54,524 bases of DNA, filler included, from Sluysia triapertura (GCA_046118255.1; 4 parts of 4 records of this genome joined end to end with filler, not necessarily neighbours in it), one strand, 5' to 3'. Positions 13,439-26,610 are shown, counted from the whole stretch's first letter. Notes: generated from the letters alone by a model not told the origin. Made by a program: numbers and translations.

Positions 13439-13551
13439 TGTACCAGTTTTTCCCTCATTTTTTGATTTTACTTATGTTCATTCCTCTCCAGATCCTCAGT
13501 TGGGCAATCCCAACACTTATATAATCAATATCGTTCTTATTCTTTTTATAC

Positions 13552-14087
13552 TTAAATGAGTGTTCTATATTTCTTAGTTTTATATTTCTTAAAGGGTTTT
13601 CCCTCTATTAAGGTAACATAAGTTATTAATTCTGGTCGTAATCCAGTTTTTAATTTATCTAATAATGTTATTTCTTTTTTTGGCTCTAGCAACAAGGCTT
13701 TTAAGAGCACAAGCATATTCATATATAGATTCATTTGGTTTTTGTATTCTAGTATTTAACATTTTAGCAGAATATTTACCCATGTCATCAAGTAATTCAT
13801 TAATTATTCTGTAATTCATTAACAAATTCGTTCCATGTTTGTTTATTATTATTACTTATATCTTTATAAGTCTGGATAGCCACTCCAGTTGGATAATTTT
13901 GGATCCGTTTTATTTTCTTGGCTTCATTCCAGCTGTTTGCTTCTGCTATGCTTTCATATTCAAATAAGAAATCGCACAGATCTTGTTCTGCTCCGTCAAA
14001 TTTTTTCATTTCAGGTAAAGACATTATTGGGCGCATTTCTCTGGCTAATTGTGCCATATATTCCTTATATTCATTAGGTAAATCCAT
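13552..14087 (-). mobile_element. Ty3/Gypsy-type gag, frameshifted and truncated near the gap
   Basis: KFDGAEQDLCDFLFEYESIAEANSWNEAKK...TGVAIQTY...TWNEF, then in shifted frames RIQKPNESIYEY (QxxxESxxEY) and KTGLRPEL. Confidence 0.85.
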
Positions 14088-14447
14088 ATAATTCCTTAAT
14101 TTTGATCTGTAATATTCGTATAATACAATTTGCTTATCTATTTTTCTTAAAACTTACTTAATCTATTAATAATCTGCTTAGAGAGTAATAATTTTGCTTA
14201 AAATTAACTTAATCTTAATGAAATCTTGATACAATTATTCTAAAAATGCTTAAATCTTAATATTAATTTTCAAATTCTTCTTTAATTCAATACTAATCCT
14301 TAAATTCTTCTTAAATACTTAATTCTTATGTTAATACTATTCCAAAAATCTTTCTATTTACTTAATCTTTTGTTTATTTCTATATTATTGCAATACTGAT
14401 CCTCAAATTCTTCTTTAAAATCTTTATTTTTATATTATTTAAATACT

Positions 14448-15094
14448 GGTCCTCAATCTGGGGACCAGTTTATTCTATGTGAGAAAAGTAGAGAATAAAT
14501 CAAAAATTTAACCTGAGTTCACCAACGTACTGGGCTTACCAGTTATGGCCAGCCGTTGGATTTTGCTGAATCAAAGGAAGGTCTCAAAACGTTTCAAGGT
14601 TTATTTAAATCTTTAACTAACTGGAGGTAAGTAACGATATTAATGAAATTTTATCTAAAAAATTCATAATAATAAAGTTTATGAGACGATTTTTCGTAGA
14701 TTCCTTTATATGGAATCTTTAAATGGTATTTTACGTGGCTAGAGATAAATTCTAGCCAAAGAAATCATAAAGCAATTAATTTTATATTTGAAGCTACATA
14801 AGTTATATAATACGACGAAATTAAGAGTTAGTGAAATTTATTCTCAAAATATTTCAAAACAAAATATACAACTTTGTAATAATATATACTTTGCTAAATT
14901 AACTACACTAGTTAATTTCTTAATGATAAAGATTTTAAATATATTTTTCGTTTGATCTGTGATAAGATCAGGAAATTAGTTAAAAAATGATTTTGAGTCA
15001 CATTTTACCTATGATACACTAAAGTATCATCCTTAAAATAATTAAACTAACGTAGATTTCGAAGCAAATGTTAAAGGTAAAGAGTATCGTGACA
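14448..15094 (-). mobile_element. Putative 5' LTR (~15094-14470) and primer-binding site of the gypsy element
   Basis: Minus strand begins TGTCACG at 15094; TGGTCCCCAGATTGAGGAC (TGG-initial, PBS-like) at 14467-14449, about 360 bp before the gag ATG. The LTR 3' end lacks a clean CA. Confidence 0.45.
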
Positions 15095-18000
15095 AATTGA
15101 AATTGGATGGAATTCTTTGAATAATCTTTGAATATTAAGCAAAGTTTTTTTACAAAATATTTATAAAGATTGTGTTTTGATTGCAAAAAGTATGTTTATG
15201 CAGTTTCAATCCAACCTTAATCGGATTGAAACAAATATTAAGATTAAAACAAATTATTTTTCAAAAGCTAATAATTTCAAAAACTAAACGTTAGTCTAAA
15301 AGTTAATTAATTAAATAATTAAAATTAAAAATAATTACTTACAAAAATGTAATTTTCGATAAAATTTCCAAAGAAATAAAATATTTGAGAGTCGATAAGA
15401 AAATAAATTAATAATAATATTCAAATAAAACAAATTAATGATTATCAAAGTTTATAAATCAATCAATAATTCTTATTCAAATGTTTGATGTTACATTACA
15501 ATGACCAAATTAAAAATATAGTGTTTATCAATAAATAAATCGATAATTGTTAGTTCGAATGTTGATGTTACAATATTTTTCAACCCAAAATTAAAAAAAC
15601 TTTATATTGATAAGTATAATCAATAATCAATTTTTTTATCAATAATGAACAATATTATATTTTAAAATTAATGTAGGAGAATATAAAAAGAACTTACGTA
15701 GGTTACATGAATCACAAAAGTTAAATTAATTATGGTTTGCCAGGTGCAGGTCCGACCAAGTTATAAGGTCTATGGTAATGAAATTACCATATCAAGTTGT
15801 AGAATCGATATCAATGAAATATACCAAATTAGATCGTAAAACCAAATTATATTAATTTATAAATCGAATCAAAGTATAATATTAAAAATTGTATTATCAA
15901 TATTGTGTGTGAAACTAAAATTGGCGAAAACTTACATAGTGCTTTCTTACATACAAATTTCATTAAATTTTTCACTTATTATAATTATTAGTTATTTCGT
16001 TTTATTAAGAAAGTTATTTATAAAACATTATTAAAATTTTTACATATCATTATTTACATAGAATTCGCATTAAACGGAAAATTTACCACATGCAAAATTT
16101 TCATTGTTGATCTAATATAAGTTACATACAGAGTTTAACATTACATTCATTCACATTAAACATTTATTTAATATTGGCTCATTATTTACATTTATTACAA
16201 AGTAATTTATTAATTCTGTGGCGCACCATTTAATTAACTCCAACATTCTTAATTTTTTTAAATTTATTATAAATATTTGAACATTTTATTCATCTATTTG
16301 GATATTTACAAGTATTCGTTTGAATTCAAACATTTTGTGGCTCACAATTTTACTTCAAGAATTTTACGTTGGACCTTTGATAAGATCCTAAAAATGATTA
16401 AAAGATTTCAAGTGATATTTTACAAATGTTACACGAATGTATCAGACCTTACAATAATTAAACTAACGCAAATTCAAATAATAATTGAAAATATTTGATT
16501 GTTGCTGGAATCGTGACGACGTAAATAACTTGTAATTCAAGATTTTTAACAAAATTATGAAAATTGTGACCAAAAAATTATGTAAAACATTGTGTCTTTA
16601 CTCTAAAATTTTAAATCTATTTCATCGGATAAAAACAAATATTAAAAATTAATTTATCAAAACAAAATTTATTTAATTTAAAATAATAAATGTATTTTAC
16701 GTTAGTTTAATCAAATTTAACAAAATAATTAAAATTACTTATATTAATTCCATTTGAAAACCATTAAAATTCCAAAAATAAAAATTTCCAAAATTATTAA
16801 AACTTTAAATTAAATTTGTAATAGATAATAAAAATATAAATCATAATAATGTTAAAAAATCAATAATATTGTTATTAACAATTAATATACTAAAATTGAG
16901 TATGTGAATAAATCAATAATAATGTTATCAAAAATTGAATGTGTTTAATGATTGTTACAAATGGTATTTCTGAAAGGTTTACTAGTTGTGCAATATTTAG
17001 ATATTTCGTAACGTGTTTGTTAATATAAAAATGAACTGAATTCTTCCGGTTTCATTGAAATCTTATAACCTAATGGACATAACATAATTGATTTTATCAT
17101 AATTATGCAAAATAGGAATAAAATAAATAGGAGTAAATTAAAAAATAACAAGAAGTCAAACGATAGTAATAGGAATAGAGCAATAGAATAATGACAACAA
17201 AATAATAACTGTGGTGGTCAACCCTTAATACTATTAAAATTTTATAAAATTAACCCTTAACATTCTAATATTTACACATCATCTTATTCACAACCTTATG
17301 ACTTACACTTCACAGTTACATCCAATACTACCAATTTATATCAACAAATCCATCAAAAACATATAACTCCACATTCACAACAACCAAATAATAACCATAT
17401 TTGAAATTATCCACTGTACACCTTCGAATAATTACAAAACCTTAAGTTCAGCATTTGTCACTACATAACCACGAACAACACAAAATACAATATCACATAA
17501 AAACAACAAAGAAACAATTCACATAAAACATTGATTATTAACCTTTCAAATATGCCAAGAGTTGTATTATAATTTACATTTTCACGCTTACCAAACTACA
17601 CTCTTCTCAACAGGTCTTTTATTCAAGATCAAAAACATAATCAAAAACATAAGTCAATATCTAAAAGTTCATTCTAGTGTTCTGCATTGCATAAGAAATA
17701 CTATCATACCTACATATCATACCTACTATCATACTACATATACAAAATTCATTTAAACTAATCTTTATTCAGTTTCAGTTTATTTTAGTTTCTAACACAT
17801 TTAAAGTTGTTGAAATATGTCAAGAAAGGAAGATCGTGTACAGTTTTAAAGAATTCAGCAATTAGGTAATTTAATAACCATATTAACTTCAACACCGATT
17901 CTTTTGTCTTCATTGTTACAGAATTCAATTTAACCATTTCTGGATTTAAAGTATGTTGAGAATTCAACGAAAGATCGTGTTTTGTAGAGGAAACAAGAGA

Positions 18001-18613
18001 TTTATGCATTTTTCTTTTTGTGTTAATAACAATAATAACAATATCGTTATTATTATTATTATGTTCAAGTTGTCATTTTATTTATTGACATAAAATTTTA
18101 TTAATTATTTTGAAGTATTAAAAATTGTTACTACCATCACCAATGTTGACATTGTTCATTACTGTCGACACATTTATGTCAACACTGATAATGGCTAATC
18201 ATTCACAATGGTCTTTCTGTTATCATTATAAATTTTACATTCATATTACTGGCCATCCAACCAGAATCAAGTTCATAATTTTCCAGACAAACAATTCTGG
18301 TTGGATGACCAATTACCGATCATCTGACACAAAATTTAATAGTAAAAATAATAAAAATTAGTTTACAATAAACAAAAAAGGAGACAGAAATTAAAAACTT
18401 TCAGCTCAACGTCAAGTTATATGTTTTATTCGCGATTTCTGAACCATCTAACACCTCTTAGCAAATTTAATTTCAAAAGTGACAATGTGACGATCATAAA
18501 TTATATATTTAATTTATCTGATGTACTGAAATTAATCAATATTTTAGTGATAATTTATTTATCGAATCCTAAATGAAACATTCTGGTTTAATGGTTTAAG
18601 TTATTTAAACATC

Positions 18614-19923
18614 GTGGAAAAACTATTTAGTGGCGCTAAGATTTTGTTAGTAGATCAATGTTTGAAAGATTATAAATCAATATTCATATCGAATTATCAT
18701 AGTCGTACCTGCCACAATAAATTATCTATCGGAAAATATAACGAAATTCAGAAGTTAAGATTAAAGCTCAATTTAGAACCAAGTAATTTGATTATATTAA
18801 CTGGTATCTGGCGATTACACTTTTCGGAGTATATATTTTATAATATTAAGTTAAATTCGATACAAGAACAAATTGTTAAATTAGACTTTGATCAGCAAAA
18901 TGAATGCAATTACTTGGCTGAAGTAATTTTAAATACTATTAAAAAATTCTATTCTGTTAGAATGAATGACAATCTATCTTCATTCCTTACCTATAACAAA
19001 TATAAAGTATTATATTTTATGCCCAATTATCAAGAATGTTGTAAAGTTTACAAGTATATTAATTCTAATTTAATATCTAATTTGGGTGCTTATTCGTTTA
19101 TGTATTATAATAATGAATCAGTCAATTCACTTGACAAATACGAGTATAATTCGTTGTTGTCTTCTACTTCCAACCTAGATGCTATAGAAAAATTTAGACC
19201 AAATTTTGATGCAGTTATTGATAGAGAAATTCAATCCGTATTGAATCAAAATCCAGAATGTCATAATTTTACAAATACAATTGGACCTATTTCTCCACGT
19301 GAACATGTCGTAAAGTCTACTTACTGTAATCGATCTGGTACCACAAATTCACAATTATACCCATTACGTTACATTAGGAAGTTATGGATGATCTAGTTAA
19401 AATATCTAATAAGCGTATTTCAGTCAAAGATGATGAACAAGCTTTTCTATTTATTCGTTTAGCTTTACATCAAGCGAATGATGTTTTTAAACCGTCTTAT
19501 AATCATGAGTCGCCTTATGGTGCTGAAATCAATTTAGTTCGCTCAGAAATATTTCAGACACGAAAACAAATGTTAAAGATTATTAAATCATTTCAAAGCA
19601 GTGATGATTTTTGGATTTACGAAGTTTTAAGTTTTGATAAATAATGTTCAAGGACTTGTTGTTTTGATTATTTGGAAGAAAATTCATTAACCAGGGCTTT
19701 ACATGGAGCATGTGTAACAGCAGTATTTACGCTTACAGTCACGTTTCAAAAACTCTTTGAGTTATTCGCAAACCTATGCAATACCAAACATTTAAGAACA
19801 CTCTCTTTTAACTATTCGGAAAACGACGATCCTGAAGATTTGTTGGAATTGTGTTTTTGGTATACTCCGAATTGTTACAATAAACCAAGCTTGGAAGTCA
19901 ACAGTTATCCAGCTTACTATTAA
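18614..19923 (+). pseudogene. Divergent DEAH/RHA helicase-like sequence with degenerate motifs, one frameshift and one in-frame stop
   Basis: LIILTG (motif III region), KVLYFMPNYQEC (IV), LLSSTSNLDAIEKFRPNFDAVID (V), NPECHNFTNTIGPISPREHVVKSTYCNRSG (VI) with DEAH-like spacing. ORFs 18614-19396, 19384-19644 and 19672-19923; the last two share a frame separated by one TAA. Confidence 0.5.
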
Positions 19924-21725
19924 TGTAAATTTATCTTTTACTTACTTTTTACATGATTTAAATTGTCATTTTTATTTAGTCGTTTATTTCAAATGATCTA
20001 CATAGGAACATAGAGAAAAATTGTGTAATTCTTGTGTTAACATTAAATATAAAATTTCTTATTGTTAAAGAATTGATAATTTGTTTCAGAAATTTAATTA
20101 ATCTTAAATTGTATAAAAATTTCAAAGATATTTCTTATAAAGAAATTAATTTCCTTAAGGCGAAGAAGGTTTATTTAAGATATGATTTAAAAACTATAAA
20201 ATTGTTAATCAAATGAGTTATTTTAAATTAAATTTGATAATTGACTTACGAAGATTATTAAACCTATATTATTTGAAGATGAACTTTAAGGCATTGCTAG
20301 ATAAGCCTAAAATAAATTTAATTTATTATAATATCAAGCACTTGAATTGGAACCTTATTAATTTAATATTTCGTAACACAACATTACTAAATTGGTGTCA
20401 CAAGATAAACTCATATTACTAAAATAACATTATAATTGATAAATTTTAAATAAAACCTTTCCTTTTTCAGCAAATTCCAATCTGTAAATTTCCCATCTAA
20501 AATATTTCGTGCACTTTTATTGAATTTATATGATTTTGAAATTTATTTTAAGAAACTATTTAAAATATTTAAAATGCTTTTGGTGGATTCAATACAAGAA
20601 GAGGAAATTTTATTTAATATCAAATGTATTCTTTCACATGTCTAATACTAGTGTCAACTTTTCTATATTAAAAGATTATTGCACAACTCTATAACATTAT
20701 TATAAATGTTTTTGTCTTCATGATTCTTGCTAAATCAGTGTTTGTAACATTCTATTCATTACTGTTTATCAGTTTTCCCTTCATTTTATGGTTCTAAATG
20801 TTTCTCACTCATCTTCTGATCCCCAGTTCCTCAACAGCTGCTTGATGAAATGAATTAGAGAAAAATCTAGGCTTAAGAAATTATTGCAGGTTATGATGAG
20901 GACAATTTTTGGTTGTAGCACAATATTCGTAACAATAATTTATGTAAATTATGATTATGTAAATTGTTTCAGTAGAAAACAAATTAACTCAAATTGAAGA
21001 TATTAATCTTGATTTATTGTAGATTTGACAAAAGTGATAATTATAAAACTAGGTACAATATCTTGTAAAATAAAGTTGTTTTATTTAACATTTTGCCCAT
21101 AGATAAACAATTGGGCGTTATAAAATTTTAAAATATTTTATTTTTAGACTAAAAATAATTTTAAACAGATTCAAAGTGATAGATTTCTTGGACCCATTGA
21201 TTTTTTATTTTTATATTAATAAAATAAATCTGCATAATGCACATAAAAAATCGTATAATCAGAATTAATAATTCCATCACCCACTGTTACGATTCTTATG
21301 TCAAAATAGCCAAATTTAATTAAATGTGCATTGTTTCCAATTACAAAATGAACCGTAATGTAAAAAGTTATACCTCATTTAATGACTATATATCTATCTA
21401 GTTTGAAATATCAAAAATTTATGAATTATAATTTCGTAAAACAATGAACATTTATAATCCTTCATAGCAAATTATTCATTATCCAATTTATACTTTTTCA
21501 ACATTAACTTGCCTTAATCCTTATAGCACTTAACATATACATTATTTAATCAAGTGCGAATTTATCCATTATTATATTACACATTGCAATATTATAATTT
21601 ATAAACTTCTAATGCCAAGAATCACAAATTTACCTTAACTAATAATACAGCTTCAACATCCATACAAATTTAAAAAGTTTAATAAAAACTCAAAACAAAG
21701 ATACACATTAACAATATATTACAAT

Positions 21726-23234
21726 TTAATCAACTTCTTCCATTTTACCAGCTTCATCATCATCAACAGCCGTCGGTGCTGGAGCTACATTATTATCACC
21801 AGTTTCCGTAGTCATCTCTACATCTTCTTCATCGATTCCCAAACCTAGTTTGATCATTCTATGGATTCGATTACTGTGCACCTGAGGATCTTCTAATGAA
21901 AATCCACTACTCAACAGTGAAGTTTCAAATAACAACAACACTAAATCTTTAACTGATTTATCATTCTTATCTTCATCAACTTTTGCTTTCAAATTTTTCA
22001 TTATTGAATGGTCGGGATTAATTTCGAAGTGCTTTTTAGCTGCCATATAACCCATGGTACTTGTATCACGTAAAGCTTGTGCCTTCATTATTCTTTCCAT
22101 ATTAGCAGACCAACCAAACTGAGATGTAACTATGCAACACGGAGAAGATACCAAACGATTTGAAACCGTTACTTTTTCTACCTTTTTATCCAAAATATCT
22201 TTCATTACTTTACATAATGGTTCAAATGCTGCTTTTTGTTCTTCAAATTTCTTTTTCTCTTCTTCTTCTTCTGGTAATTCCAAGCCTTCTTTAGTAACGC
22301 AAACCAATTTCTTCCCATCATATTCTTTTAACTGCTGAACACTGTATTCATCAATAGGATCAACCATTAAAAGAACTTCAAATCCTCTCTTTGTTAATCT
22401 TTCTACAAAGGAAGAATGCAGAACAGTCTCACGACTCTCTCCAGTTATGTAATAAATATCTTTCTGATTTTCTTTCATGCGTGATACATAATCCTTCAAA
22501 CTAGTCAAATCATCACCCGACGAAGTTGAATGGAATCGTAGCATATCTGATAATTTCTTTCTATTTACACTGTCCTCATGAATACCTAACTTTATATTCT
22601 TACTAAATTGTTCATAAAACTTTTTGTAATTTTCGCTATCTTCCATTAATTCTTCAAACAATTCCAAACATTTCTTTACTAAATTCTTACGAATTACTTT
22701 TAATATTTTATTTTGCTGTAACATTTCACGACTGATGTTCAACGGTAAATCTTCACTATCAACAACACCTTTCATAAAGTTCAAATACTCTGGAATTAAA
22801 TCCTCACAATTATCCATAATAAATACCCGTCTTACATATAATTTTATATTATTACGTTTCTTTCGATTCTCAAATAAATCGAATGGCGCACGTTTTGGGC
22901 AGAATAACAGAGCCCTAAACTCCAACTGACCTTCAACACTAAAATGCTTTACAGCCAAATGATCTTCCCAATCATTAGTCAATGATTTATAAAATTCAGC
23001 ATATTCTTCTTGACTAATATCATCTGTATTACGAGTCCATATTGGTTTAGTTTTATTCAATTCTTCTTCATCAATATACTTTTCTTTAATTTTCTTCTTT
23101 TTCTTTTTATCTTTATCTTTGTCACCACTCTCATATTCATCAGTTTCATCTAGATCTTCAGTTTTAAGCTTATCATCTGGTTCTGTTTCATCTTTCTTTT
23201 CCACCTTTATCCTTATCCTCTTTTTCTCCTTCAT
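21726..23234 (-). CDS. HSP90: Cytosolic HSP90: charged linker, middle and C-terminal domains, open and intronless
   Basis: [67 protein letters not shown] and terminal MEEVD. First in-frame ATG at 23234. Confidence 0.95.
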   Translation of the reverse strand: MKEKKRIRIKVEKKDETEPDDKLKTEDLDETDEYESGDKDKDKKKKKKIKEKYIDEEELNKTKPIWTRNTDDISQEEYAEFYKSLTNDWEDHLAVKHFSVEGQLEFRALLFCPKRAPFDLFENRKKRNNIKLYVRRVFIMDNCEDLIPEYLNFMKGVVDSEDLPLNISREMLQQNKILKVIRKNLVKKCLELFEELMEDSENYKKFYEQFSKNIKLGIHEDSVNRKKLSDMLRFHSTSSGDDLTSLKDYVSRMKENQKDIYYITGESRETVLHSSFVERLTKRGFEVLLMVDPIDEYSVQQLKEYDGKKLVCVTKEGLELPEEEEEKKKFEEQKAAFEPLCKVMKDILDKKVEKVTVSNRLVSSPCCIVTSQFGWSANMERIMKAQALRDTSTMGYMAAKKHFEINPDHSIMKNLKAKVDEDKNDKSVKDLVLLLFETSLLSSGFSLEDPQVHSNRIHRMIKLGLGIDEEDVEMTTETGDNNVAPAPTAVDDDEAGKMEEVD

Positions 23235-23797
23235 CCTCAGAAACCTCGTTATCACGTTCTTTTTCTTTTAACTATCTTCTTTATTTTACTATGTTCGATG
23301 TATTCCATTTGATCCTTTTTCAAATAAAATATAATCTTTATACCACGACCTAGTGGTTCACCATCTTCATTAATACGAACAGTAAACAATCCACCAGCAC
23401 TAGATTCCCAGTGTACTGTTTATTATCATTACTTTTAGATATCACTTGCACACAATCAGCCACTAAATAAGCTGAATAAAAACCAACACCAAATTGACAA
23501 ATCATAGAAATATCATCACCAGCTTGTAGAACCTTCATAAATTCTTTTATACCACATCGTGCGATAGAACCCAAATTATTTATCAATTTAGCTTTTGTTA
23601 TTGCTATACTAGTATCAATTATAGTTAAAATACCAACATATTTGTTCGGAATCAATTTTATATATAATTCTTTAGCCAAAGCAACGCTTGCATTAGATAT
23701 CATCTCTCTCAGAAATATCTCCTTGTTCGAATAAAACGTGTCGATCCTCAAACTCATCAATTGAGTAACTTCTGAGTAATATCTTCATTCCAGGCAA
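23235..23797 (-). pseudogene. HSP90: Disabled HSP90 N-terminal ATPase domain
   Basis: [12 protein letters not shown] and [13 protein letters not shown] survive, but DTGIGMT reads DTSIAIT, the DKIRY...LDS block is deleted, a 1-nt deletion precedes WESSAGG (~23412), KHSQFIGYPI is deleted and another frameshift lies in the linker. Confidence 0.9.
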
Positions 23798-24192
23798 AAT
23801 TTATTAATTTAAAAAAATAATAAAACCTACCAGTATTATAGAAAAAATTAATCACAATCAACATGCAAATATTAGGATACCGATTAGCAAAAATAATTAT
23901 TACTAAATCGGAAATTAATAAATATATATTTACTTATATATTACATTAGTAATTGGTTCAGATAGTTATACTTACAGTACACATAATAAGTCATTTATTG
24001 AAAATTAATGTATAATGGTAAATATATAATTATTATATTAAAACATTAATATTTTAATATTACTATTTTAATACATTTTAATATTTTGTCTAAAATTAAA
24101 TAATAATAAAATAAAAATTAATAATTTATCTTGATGATGTTTAAAAAAATAAAGTTCATTTGTTTCAGAAATATTACAGTGAATGATCCATT

Positions 24193-24280
24193 TTAAGCAC
24201 TTTTGAGTACTTATTTATTACATTAAATATGAGCACAGTATAAATTAATATAAATATAATAATAGTAATGATAATAATAA
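24193..24280 (+). mobile_element. L2/Crack LINE 3' terminus
   Basis: taagcacttttgagtact...atgagcacagtataaattaat plus (taa)-rich tail; similar copies at 33662-33722 and 36150-36211. Confidence 0.6.
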
Positions 24281-24339
24281 ATATATCAAAAGTATTAGCC
24301 TTAATTACAACATCATAAAACATGAACATCACTTTAACG

Positions 24340-26130
24340 TTCTTATTGACCAAGTCTCATCGATTATTTCTGGTACATATATCTTTACTTGGTCATGACA
24401 TTTTAACTTTTCAGCTAAGGCCTGTAAGCTATGATGACAATGGAATCTAAAATGATAACTTAACCCATAAAATATGACACTATATGAAACACTTTAATGA
24501 TCGAGGCGTATTTCCTATAAACTACGTAGGCTAATATGAACATATCCATAAATGCACTTAGCGAGTCCAAAATGTTCAACAATCTTTAGATGAGAATCAG
24601 CTGCGATCTTTCTTATATGTCACTTGCAACAACTAATATTTTCAAATTGTTCATCCAATATTAGACGATGTTGTAGATACTGTTATGATTATCCGAAATT
24701 TTTTCTTGACAATAAAACGATTCCTTCTCATTAATTGACTATTAAAAGGTAAACTTCCTGGAACACCATTTATAAAATCTCTATCAAAAAATAAGTTTGT
24801 ATTTACAATATGAGTAAACCGATAAGATTTTATACTGAAATCTTTTGAAAAATTATTCATAGCTTTACATAATCCCGCAATGTTATTCATAACATTTTTA
24901 AATGATCGGCAGTTTCATTTTCACTAAGTGTTAGATAAAATATAACAGTTCTCCAAATAAATGCAAATTTAAGAGATTTATAAATTATTCTTTCAAACAA
25001 AAAATAAATAAATGCATTAATGTAAACATAGCAGAATGTTCATTAAACGAATATAAAATGAAATAATTTATTAACATAACAAAATTAAGGTTTATTTTGA
25101 ATATAAAATAATCATGAAATGTTCAAAAACTATTTTTAATAAGGAAACTCAAGCAGTATTTAAATTAATTGCGGAAACATTGCAAAAGTTTTTATTGATG
25201 TCTTCACCCCGTTATAAAATAAATAATAAATCATGAATCACAAATCATAAATCACAGACGATATATCATAACATTATAACTTATGTTATAATAAAAATTA
25301 TAACTTATAAAGCATAAATTATGAATTAGAATTCTATAAATTACAAATCATAAATTGCAAATTGTAAATTAAGGAGTAGATCAAAAGCTAGAAACTATAG
25401 ATTATACACTATAAATTATAAATAATAAGTTATAAATTATAAAATGTAAAAAAATATATTGACAATGTTAAGTTAAACATAAGATTCCATTACCTAATTA
25501 GAATTATTACTTACAAGCACACCACAATTTGCATAAATATTATCACGATCCTCAACAATCTTTGCAAATTCATCTAACCACAGGAATTATTGATCAATGC
25601 TATTAAATGTATAAAATTTTGTAGCAGGTACTGGGAATGCACTGCCACGTAATATCTCTTTCGAATCTATTTTTAAAACTACAATTATAAAACAAAATAA
25701 ACCCTACCATTGTCATAATTAATATCATTATATGTAATCCTATAAATATGGTTGTAAAATTATGCCTGTAGTAAATCGTTGCATTCACTTTTGAGTAATT
25801 CATATTAGTTATATTTATTGCTGATTCTTTTTGATGTGTAATAAAATTTTTGATGTGTAATAAATTTTATTTGACCATTTACTACAATATTTTGATGACA
25901 AATAATTTTTATATCGTAGTTTAAAGTACAACGATCTGCTACATTCACATATTTGAACCCAATGATTAACATTATGCATTATTTTAGCTATTAAATATTT
26001 CCTATTTTCATAAAAAGAATCTTTTATTAATGGGAATATTTCAATGTTAATTATTTTATTCATAATTTCTATAAAATAATGAACTTGTTGTCCATGTTTT
26101 AGTTTATAATAATGTTGGGATTGCCCAAAT
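24340..26130 (-). pseudogene. Decayed spliced protein-coding gene, tentatively DNAAF9/C20orf194-like
   Basis: Fragments GFILFYNCSFKNRF, LCKAMNNFSKD..YR, RRNRFIVKKKFRIII, EHFGLAKC and SVIFYG..LQAL are colinear with my recollection of DNAAF9; donor gtaag near 25514; many stops. Family call is from memory only. Confidence 0.25.
25225..25450. repeat. Degenerate 7-bp periodic repeat (tcataaa/ttataaa/ttacaaa)
   Basis: aatcatgaatcacaaatcataaatcacaga...ttacaaatcataaattgcaaattgtaaatt. Confidence 0.6.
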
Positions 26131-26294
26131 GTAGATTATGAAATGAGTAAGAAACTTATATAACTATAAAATCAAGAGAAAACTGATACAAAGTGATGGA
26201 TTGAACATGGTAAACAATATTGGAATAAGAATCATAAAAGTAAAAACATCTATAATAATGTTAACAGTTAAAGAATACCTTGGAGTTCCAAAGA

Positions 26295-26394
26295 NNNNNN
26301 NNNNNNNNNNNNNNNNNNNNNNNNNNNNNNNNNNNNNNTTAATTAATTAANNNNNNNNNNNNNNNNNNNNNNNNNNNNNNNNNNNNNNNNNNNN
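26295..26394. other. Artificial assembly spacer
   Basis: N44-TTAATTAATTAA-N44. Confidence 0.97.
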
Positions 26395-26414
26395 ATAATA
26401 ATTTTATAGTATAA

Positions 26415-26448
<34 letters not shown>

Positions 26449-26610
26449 TATATTATATTATAATAATAATAATATATTATATTTTATAATATAATATAAT
26501 AATAATTTTTTATAATATTTATAATTTTTACAATTTTTTACATAAAACAAAAAATAAAATTAAAATTTTTACACCTTTACAAATTCATTCCATCATAGGA
26601 AGATTTGTCC

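Noticed and set aside
15203-15232. GTTTCAATCC...GGATTGAAAC, a 30-mer resembling a CRISPR repeat
   Set aside because: Single copy, no spacers, no cas genes, eukaryotic context; only a palindrome.
15730-15765. GLPGAGPT, similar to a Walker A motif
   Set aside because: Lacks the Lys, is surrounded by stops, and cannot be linked to the helicase-like ORF.
20034-20422. AT-rich 60-70 aa ORFs, and similar ones throughout the ORF track
   Set aside because: I/K/N/F/L-rich composition expected by chance; no motifs or splice support.
22132-22929. Plus-strand ORFs 22132-22338 and 22735-22929
   Set aside because: Antisense shadows of the HSP90 coding sequence.
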